A stretch of 64,000 nucleotides of DNA from Candidatus Thorarchaeota archaeon (GTDB lineage Archaea > Asgardarchaeota > Thorarchaeia > Thorarchaeales > Thorarchaeaceae), in assembly GCA_016933575.1 (NCBI GenBank), contig JAFGAR010000025.1, forward strand, positions 52,888 through 116,887, read 5' to 3'. This document shows, piece after piece, positions 57,278 through 64,000 of this stretch. The position numbers and the translations under genes were made by a program. The notes under the pieces were generated by a model. The model did no database searches, had not been told where the DNA came from, and saw only the letters and a list, made by a program, of their open reading frames with translations. The number at the start of each line of letters is the position of its first letter. The first letter of the stretch is position 1.

Positions 57278-58063
57278 CTATTTCTTTCCGAAGAAATACA
57301 TCACAGATGCTGCAGATGAACCTGTGACTTTCACTCTCTCCTTGATTGATTCTCCCACTTGCCTTAATTCATCATAAGAGGGATGATCAATTATTCGAGC
57401 TAGATCTGCATCAATATCCTTGATTACGTAATCGACATTCTCCTTTCTATGTGGGTCTTCACAATCAGGTGCCTCTTTACAGAATAGGCATTTGACACCC
57501 CATGAGGACTCGTAGACCTCTACAGCACTCAGACCCACCTTGTTGACTGCGTCTCTCAATTCCTGACGAGATAAGGCCTCAAAATGAGGGATGCCTAAGA
57601 TGGTATCGATCTTCACATTCAGATTATGTTTATCCCTGTCCACTCGCTGCGCCTGAGTCTGTTCTCCATCAGAATACAATTCTTGTATGATGAAACTGCC
57701 TCCGGGTTTCAACACTCGATACATCTCAGCTAGTACAGTGTCAATATTCTCTAGGTGATGGATTGAGTATGAGATACACACTGTATTAAAATGATTGTCC
57801 GGAAATGACATCGTTTCAGCATTCATCTCCATCAAATCCACTGGAGCATCTTTGAACTTCTCTTTTGCTTTCTTCAAGTCACCTGCTAAGATGTCTATTC
57901 CTACGAATGATTTGTACTCTCTCAGAGTTTTCATCAAGGTGGTGATGAAGTCGCCATCCTGTGTGCCTACATCGAGGATAACTCCGCCAGAGATAGTTCC
58001 GAGTTTCTCTCTGACTTTGATTGCACCAGATTCTCTAAGTCCATCAGGTAGATCTGCGATCAA
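57278..58063 (-). CDS. Class I SAM-dependent methyltransferase
   Basis: ILDVGTQDG, VGIDI, FPDNHFN, SIHHL and EMYRVLKPGG motifs. Confidence 0.9.
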   Translation of the reverse strand: MIADLPDGLRESGAIKVREKLGTISGGVILDVGTQDGDFITTLMKTLREYKSFVGIDILAGDLKKAKEKFKDAPVDLMEMNAETMSFPDNHFNTVCISYSIHHLENIDTVLAEMYRVLKPGGSFIIQELYSDGEQTQAQRVDRDKHNLNVKIDTILGIPHFEALSRQELRDAVNKVGLSAVEVYESSWGVKCLFCKEAPDCEDPHRKENVDYVIKDIDADLARIIDHPSYDELRQVGESIKERVKVTGSSAASVMYFFGKK

Positions 58064-58280
58064 CTCAGGTTGCCTCGAGAGATTCTGGTTTCTTCTTTGA
58101 CTTCAATCCTTCGAACAACGTAAACCGCCATAGAATAGGTCACGATCAAGATGTAATATCAGGAATACGTACGATGAGATAATGAACAAACTTCTGAACT
58201 TAGCTTCGGATATCGGAAAACAGCGATACGCCAAATGTATATGTGAGGAAAGTACGTACGCTGAATATCATTCAGAAAGT

Positions 58281-59312
58281 ATGGTGTGGTTAGAATTGAA
58301 GATCTGTGCAAAGTGTGGCCTTTCAAATGATGTGATGCGGAAGTATTGCAGACGCTGCGGAGCACCGCTCATAAAGACAGAAGAAGAACCAGTACCGGAA
58401 CCAATTCAGGAACTGGAAGAAGAACCAATTACTCCAACACCCAGTGTTTCAGATGATGAACCGCTCGTGCGTCCAAGTACTGTGGCATCCTCATATGAGG
58501 AAGAACCACTTGTTCGCCCAAGTGCAGTTGTTTCTGAACAGGATGTGGTGGCGGCTGTAGAACCTGAACCCCCTGTTGTGGTTGAGGAACCTCTTAGCTT
58601 TGAAGAACCAAGTGAAGAAGTGACTACGGAAGAAGTAACCGAGAGCACTAGTATGGAATATGAACGAGGTAGGGAAGTTGTGGCAGACATCCTAGAGAAG
58701 GTCAAAGCTGCAGAGGCTCGTCAACGAGCTGAAATGGAAACAGAATCACCAGTGCCTGATATTGAACCACCTCCACCAGAACCTCTAGAGATTGTGGAAC
58801 CGCTTGCATATGATGAACCAGAGCCTGAGATTGCGATAGAAGAGCAAGCTATTGTGGAGGAACCAGAACCAAGAGAAGATCTCATTACCATTGAGGCTCC
58901 TTCTGTAGCATCACCACCAAGACCCACTCTTGAAGATGAGATCTCAACTGACGGCAAGATACGATCTTTTGAATCGGATATTAACGCTAGCAAACTTGAA
59001 CTTCAACAGCTCCGGTCCGAGTTTGATACTTTGCGTTCACATCTCGATGAAGAGGTTGAGCGATACCACACTGTTGCTGAGGCAAAACGAATTCGTGCTG
59101 AGAGTATCGAGCGAGACTTGGACCTCGCCAAGAAGGAGTACAACGATGCCAATAAAGAGTACAAGAATGTGGAGAATCGCAGAAAGAAGGAACTATCTGA
59201 TGCTGAGAAGCGTATTAATGATGCAGAGAAACGAATGAGGAAAGCAGAAGAATCAAAGGAGAAGCGCATTCAGGACATCGAGAAGGAAATACGAAAACGA
59301 GAGGAAGGTTAG
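58281..59312 (+). CDS. Zn-ribbon, Pro/Glu-rich linker and long charged coiled-coil protein
   Basis: CAKCG..YCRRCGAPL; duplicated EPLVRPS; ~115-aa E/K/R heptad tail. Confidence 0.78.
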   Translation: MVWLELKICAKCGLSNDVMRKYCRRCGAPLIKTEEEPVPEPIQELEEEPITPTPSVSDDEPLVRPSTVASSYEEEPLVRPSAVVSEQDVVAAVEPEPPVVVEEPLSFEEPSEEVTTEEVTESTSMEYERGREVVADILEKVKAAEARQRAEMETESPVPDIEPPPPEPLEIVEPLAYDEPEPEIAIEEQAIVEEPEPREDLITIEAPSVASPPRPTLEDEISTDGKIRSFESDINASKLELQQLRSEFDTLRSHLDEEVERYHTVAEAKRIRAESIERDLDLAKKEYNDANKEYKNVENRRKKELSDAEKRINDAEKRMRKAEESKEKRIQDIEKEIRKREEG

Positions 59313-59490
59313 AGCATTACACAATAGCCGAATCTAAGACCTTTATTGCATCTCAGCTCAATCAATGTACCATTATAGTGATATAATAATCATGAATACA
59401 AGAATTAGTAAGATATCGATTTAGCCGATTTCTGATATTCTATAAGGATAGTTGTTTAATTATAATAATCCTAAATTTGAGGACTGTCTT

Positions 59491-59844
59491 ATGAGTGAAA
59501 CGAGAAAAGATCTTACAAGTCTAAAATGTGTCCCATGCAGAGGCGGAATCCCTCCCATGCTTGATGTGAAGATTAGTAAGATGCTTCCATCTGTTTCGGG
59601 GTGGGAACGAATTAAGGAAGATGGATATGATAAAATTAGACGTAGCTACAAATTCAAGAATTTTGTAAAGGCAATGGAATTTACCAACAGAGTGGCTGAA
59701 CTCGCTGAGGAACAAGGTCATCATCCAGACATATTCATTTCATGGAATGTAGTGGAGTTGACTCTTTGGACACATGCTATCAATGGTCTTCACGAAAATG
59801 ATTTCATAATGGCAGCGAAAATAGATGACATGAAGACAGAATAG
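59491..59844 (+). CDS. phhB: Pterin-4a-carbinolamine dehydratase
   Basis: KCVPCRGG, FKNF, AEEQGHHPDI and WTHAINGLHENDFIMAAKID motifs. Confidence 0.93.
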   Translation: MSETRKDLTSLKCVPCRGGIPPMLDVKISKMLPSVSGWERIKEDGYDKIRRSYKFKNFVKAMEFTNRVAELAEEQGHHPDIFISWNVVELTLWTHAINGLHENDFIMAAKIDDMKTE

Positions 59845-59863
59845 TCTGACTGTGTTAGCGATT

Positions 59864-60460
59864 CTAACCCGTTTCTTTGACAAGTATCTCATTCAGAAGT
59901 AGTGTTGCAACCTTTTGCCAGGTCTTCTTTGCATCGGAGGTGTCAGCGCCAAGGAATACCGAGCTTAGGAGTCCATCGCGAAGAGCGATTAGCCCTCTCC
60001 ATACAACACCTACGTCTGCACTTCTCTTGATGACACCTTGATTCTTTAGATCTTCAACATGCTTAGTGAATTCAGCATAGCTTCTATCATAGATCTTTGT
60101 CATTCGAGTCTTGATTGCTTCATTTCTTGCCGCTTCGAGAAACATATCAAGACCAAATGAACGTGCTCTACTGATTTTTGTTTCAAAGAACTCTTCTGAG
60201 GCAATGTACAGGGGATTATCAGAGAGAATAATGGACATGACCTCATCCTTCTGTACTATAAGGGCTGATTGAAACACATCAAAGAAGAGTTGTTGCTTGC
60301 TTTTGAAATACTGATAGATGGCTCCTTTGCTGACTCCTAACAATTCTGCAATATTATCCATACTTGTTTGATGGTATCCATTCTGAGCAAACGCCCTTGT
60401 AGCTGCTTCTATTATCCTCTGTTTAGCTTTCTCCTTATACTCTGGTATTACTTTTGGCAT
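59864..60460 (-). CDS. TetR/AcrR family regulator
   Basis: RIIEAATRAFAQNGYHQTSMDNIAELLGVSKGAIYQYFKSKQQL. Confidence 0.95.
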   Translation of the reverse strand: MPKVIPEYKEKAKQRIIEAATRAFAQNGYHQTSMDNIAELLGVSKGAIYQYFKSKQQLFFDVFQSALIVQKDEVMSIILSDNPLYIASEEFFETKISRARSFGLDMFLEAARNEAIKTRMTKIYDRSYAEFTKHVEDLKNQGVIKRSADVGVVWRGLIALRDGLLSSVFLGADTSDAKKTWQKVATLLLNEILVKETG

Positions 60461-60502
60461 AGCTCTCTCGACCTCGAATAGATGAGATCTTTAATAGTTG
60501 CT

Positions 60503-60553
60503 TGACTAATAAGGTTAAAAAGTGACTTATTAGTATTTATACTGACTGATAAG
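60503..60553. promoter_or_regulatory. Three TGACTNATWAG boxes with an exact 20-bp period (probable TetR operators)
   Basis: TGACTAATAAG (60503), TGACTTATTAG (60523) and TGACTGATAAG (60543). Confidence 0.65.
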
Positions 60554-60584
60554 TATGTTTTATTTGTGATGAGGTGATAATGCC

Positions 60585-61190
60585 ATGACTGATGAGATGT
60601 TCTATAGAATTCTCTTTGTTACGCTCTATGCCTTCTTCTTCAGTATCCGCGGATACTATCGTTTCGTAAAACCAAAGCGTGAAAAATCAGATGTAGTCGA
60701 TGAAAGAAAGCCATTCGGAAAGGCAGAGGTAGTAATGACTATCGCGATTCTTGGATACTTCGCTTCAGTAATCCTATACCTGTTGAATCTGGCTTGGTTT
60801 GCATGGACACAGATTCCCAACTATCCAGAATTTATCCGTTGGATTGGAGCAGTACTGGCCTTCACCAGTACACCGTTTCTCTGGTGGATTCATAAGACTC
60901 TTGATCGTCAATATTCTGCTTGCCTACAGATCAAGGAGAGTCATTTGCTAATCACTGCTGGACCGTACGCTCATGTCCGTCACCCGATGTATACAATTCT
61001 GAATTTGTTCTCATTTGGAGTCTCTTTAGTAACTGCAAATCTCTTCACAATTGGCTTTGTTATACTTACAATAATCCCATTTCCATTTGTAGTGCAGAAA
61101 GAGGAAAAGATGTTGTTAGAGACCTTTGGCGAGGAATACTCTGAATATATGAAGCGGACAGGTCGTTTCTTTCCCCGTGTAAAAGGTTAG
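60585..61190 (+). CDS. Isoprenylcysteine carboxyl methyltransferase / PEMT-family membrane protein
   Basis: LITAGPYAHVRHPMY and EEKMLLETFGEEYSEYMKRTGRFFP motifs. Confidence 0.9.
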   Translation: MTDEMFYRILFVTLYAFFFSIRGYYRFVKPKREKSDVVDERKPFGKAEVVMTIAILGYFASVILYLLNLAWFAWTQIPNYPEFIRWIGAVLAFTSTPFLWWIHKTLDRQYSACLQIKESHLLITAGPYAHVRHPMYTILNLFSFGVSLVTANLFTIGFVILTIIPFPFVVQKEEKMLLETFGEEYSEYMKRTGRFFPRVKG

Positions 61191-61277
61191 AGTATGATTT
61201 GAAATCCATTGTTACTGTTATAGTGACAACAATTTCATATGCTAAATCTGGCTATATTCACCCCTGAAGGATGCAGA

Positions 61278-61997
61278 ATGAAACGGCAAACGATACGAAA
61301 GGTAATCCTATTCATCTCATTTATACTGTTTCAGTCTTTTCTATTATTCCATCTCTTCTTCTCGCCAGTTCTTGTCATCTTCGCAGCAGCTCAAGGAGTG
61401 ATTAACGGTAGTCTTGTCATGTTCTTACTTCTCTTTCTAACATCTCTATTCTTTGGCCGCACTTTCTGTGGCTGGGTGTGTCCTGGTTCAGGACTAAACG
61501 AGCTCTGCGCACTGGCCACTACAAAGAAGGCACCTCTCGGGAAGTATAGAAAAGCGAAATACATCATTTCAGGGGTCTGGCTTTCTGTAATCACCCTATT
61601 GGCTTTTAATGCTGGAGGATTTCATACCCTTGACATGTTCTATGGTACTGGAACCTCTACTCTTAGTCAAGAGCTAATCATGTTCTTTGGTGTAATTGCA
61701 TTGATTGTACCTGCTGCCTTTGCAATTGGAACAAGAGCTAATTGAAAATACATCTGCTGGCTGGCTCCATTAATGATTACTGGAGCAACAATCAGAAATC
61801 GCATTGGATGGCCAGGGCTTCATCTAGTATCTGATGCTGATCTATGTGAACAGTGTGGAATGTGCAATGATGCTTGTCCTATGCATCTTGAGGTTATGAA
61901 TGGTGTTTTGGATGGAAATCTCTACAATAAGGAATGCATATTGTGTGGTAGTTGTATTGATACTTGCCCAAATAGTGCCATCAGGTATGCCTTTTAA
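61278..61997 (+). CDS. 4Fe-4S membrane protein (NapH/MauN-like) interrupted by an in-frame TGA at 61743-61745 (selenocysteine or nonsense)
   Basis: GRTFCGWVCP; GTRAN*KYICWLAP; CEQCGMCNDACP and CILCGSCIDTCP. The two track ORFs are in the same frame. Confidence 0.85.
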
Positions 61998-62117
61998 TGG
62001 CATTAGTGTCGAATTGAATATATATTCAAAATAATACCTTTTTTTTCCTAAAAATAATAAGTCCTTTTTAATTTTGTGTACTTACACTCTATTCATTTGA
62101 ACGAGGAGACAGTTATT

Positions 62118-64000
62118 TTGAAAAGGAAAAGCGTGTTACTAGCAGTAGTAGTAGCATCTCTCTTTATGCTTGGAATCATGATATTTCAAGGCGAGGCACC
62201 TGCAGTGGTCTCACTTGGAGAATCATCATTACAGATTATTGAAAATCCCGTAGATATCCCACGGGTTGCTGATGAAGTTGATGCAGCTGGGAATATGCTC
62301 ATAAATGTCAACGAGAATCCAAGTTTTGAGGACTGGACTGGAAGTGGACCCGCATCCTATGATTGGGCTTCTGCCACTGCTTATCGTGAGGCTGATTTTG
62401 CATATTCAGGTTCAGGAGTCACTGGTAATTATGGACTATTGATTGAGTCCGAATCATCATCAACCACAGATGGAGGAGGTTACGTATCTCGTCAAATACC
62501 TTCATCTCCATCTCCATTGGTAGAACCTGGTATCTCTCTTAGTTTCGACTGGAATGTTTTGGAAAATCAAGCATATGATGGGGGCGGTCGCACCTTCATT
62601 ATAGTATCAACCTATGATGGAGTATCAAAATATCGTAACATAAACTATATTCTCTCGGGTAACAATCCTATCGGTAATTATACTTCTGATGCCTATTTTT
62701 ATTTGAATGATACATTAGATGAATGGCACTCGTTCAGTAGAAGTATCACAGATGATTACATTGCCGTCTGGGGAGCAGGTGACCTGTCGAGTAGTCAATA
62801 TGTTGCATATGTTCAACTTAAGACATATGCGTCCGCTGGAGTCTATGGAATCATAAGTGTAGCATTTGATAATATAGTTCTCACAGATGGTTCATATTCA
62901 TCATGGATTGCAAATGGAGATTTCGAGACAGGAACGCAATCACCATGGGACGCAAGTAGAAGTTCAAGGGCTTACCTAGAACAGAGTACAGACAGTACTC
63001 ACGAGACCTATTCATTGAATATGTCCATTCCTGAAATCACAGCAGGGAGTGGTAACGTCAACACCTACAAGGAGTTTGACTATCCTGGTGGATTCTTCGC
63101 ATCATCCCCGGGAATGATGTATTTTGACATTGACTGGAAGTATAATGATACGCCAAGTGCTTCGCACCAGAGTGGAAGACTGACATTATGGACTCGAAAT
63201 ACCACGAGCAGTTACTGGCTCAGCATCTATTTTGGAACAATGGATAATACTCTAAATGCATTATCCAATTACACCAGTCAATACTTTTTCAAGATGCCTG
63301 GTTTTGGTACAAAAGACATATGGCAATATACACGTATTGACATCTATGATTATCTGAGTTCTGCAGGTTTCTCTAATGTGTCACTATATCAGGTCGAATT
63401 TGCTATTCAGAATAGTGCACCTGGTGCTTCAGTCTTTCTCTTACTTGATGACTTCCAGATCATTACCTATCCACTAGGAGACCCTGGATTTGAGGAGGAT
63501 TGGTATCAAGATGCCGTTACGCCATTCGCTGGCTGGGATGACTATAACGGTGGCCCAACAAATATTCTGAGGTCTACTGATGCATACCAGGGAAATTATG
63601 CCTGTAAACTGACTGGTGTATATCAGAATACAGTAGGAGTATATCGTGATGAGGACATACCGGTCAACCGGAATGATCTCACTAATTTCTCATGGCGTAT
63701 TGATACAATTGGTAATGATAATGCTTGGGCAATAGTTCGAGTCCTGTTCACTGATAGTCACTATTTCAACTATCTTCTGGGAGGCGGTTCTAGTCAACCT
63801 TTTGGGAATGCTAGCGCTTCTTGCACATTCTATGTTGAATCCTTCAACAACACAGGAACCTGGAATCTTCTTCAACGCAATCTCACTGCAGACTATGAGG
63901 CAGCATTTGGGTCATCAGCAAATCTAGTAATCGATCAGTTAGTTCTACGGATGTCTGTTGGAACGAATGGCGGCCTCACAATCCTCTTTGATGAGATGCA
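62118..64000 (+). CDS. Large secreted protein with repeated CBM4/9-like (galactose-binding fold) modules, truncated by the window end
   Basis: GAGGAG SD and TTG start; signal MKRKSVLLAVVVASLFMLG; NPSFED, NGDFETG and DPGFEED in one frame at all points checked up to 64000. Missing from the ORF track because there is no stop. Confidence 0.85.
   Translation, partial: MKRKSVLLAVVVASLFMLGIMIFQGEAPAVVSLGESSLQIIENPVDIPRVADEVDAAGNMLINVNENPSFEDWTGSGPASYDWASATAYREADFAYSGSGVTGNYGLLIESESSSTTDGGGYVSRQIPSSPSPLVEPGISLSFDWNVLENQAYDGGGRTFIIVSTYDGVSKYRNINYILSGNNPIGNYTSDAYFYLNDTLDEWHSFSRSITDDYIAVWGAGDLSSSQYVAYVQLKTYASAGVYGIISVAFDNIVLTDGSYSSWIANGDFETGTQSPWDASRSSRAYLEQSTDSTHETYSLNMSIPEITAGSGNVNTYKEFDYPGGFFASSPGMMYFDIDWKYNDTPSASHQSGRLTLWTRNTTSSYWLSIYFGTMDNTLNALSNYTSQYFFKMPGFGTKDIWQYTRIDIYDYLSSAGFSNVSLYQVEFAIQNSAPGASVFLLLDDFQIITYPLGDPGFEEDWYQDAVTPFAGWDDYNGGPTNILRSTDAYQGNYACKLTGVYQNTVGVYRDEDIPVNRNDLTNFSWRIDTIGNDNAWAIVRVLFTDSHYFNYLLGGGSSQPFGNASASCTFYVESFNNTGTWNLLQRNLTADYEAAFGSSANLVIDQLVLRMSVGTNGGLTILFDEM

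Noticed and set aside
58406-59269. Ser-rich minus-strand ORFs
   Set aside because: Antisense shadows of the Glu/Pro-rich coding strand.
61239-61997. Two separate genes (168 aa and 74 aa) as in the ORF track
   Set aside because: They are in the same frame and the stop falls inside a conserved CxxxC motif, so this is one gene.

Overview
Gene-dense archaeal chromosomal window with TATA-like boxes and GGTGA/GAGG ribosome-binding motifs. The gene repertoire (tandem-wHTH Lrp regulators, PCI-like wHTH membrane proteins, many secreted Ig/FN3 proteins) suggests an Asgard archaeon, probably Thorarchaeia; this is inference, not a database result. Housekeeping and metabolic genes include a PHP phosphatase, MFS transporter, P-type ATPase, panB, glnA, threonine dehydratase, thiolase plus DUF35, and pterin-carbinolamine dehydratase. 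Two accessory blocks interrupt them. One is an AT-rich island (~12-22.4 kb) with two divergent AGE-fold surface proteins, one of them a 2015-aa receptor-like giant. The other is a cassette array (~47.6-57.2 kb) holding orphan membrane proteins, three toxin-antitoxin pairs, DinB and a deleted C45 peptidase. The strongest novel signal is in this second block: at least five decayed direct copies of the last codons of the upstream DUF35 gene separate the cassettes, and no integrase is present in the window. Other highlights are a repeat-peptide precursor divergent from a secreted metacaspase-like protease and sharing a perfect operator with an RHH gene; a Site-1-protease-like subtilase; a SERCA-like pump with PINI in place of PEGL; an in-frame UGA at a conserved Cys of a 4Fe-4S membrane protein; and a switch-like structured leader upstream of an MFS gene. 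No rRNA, tRNA, CRISPR array, transposase or integrase was recognised.
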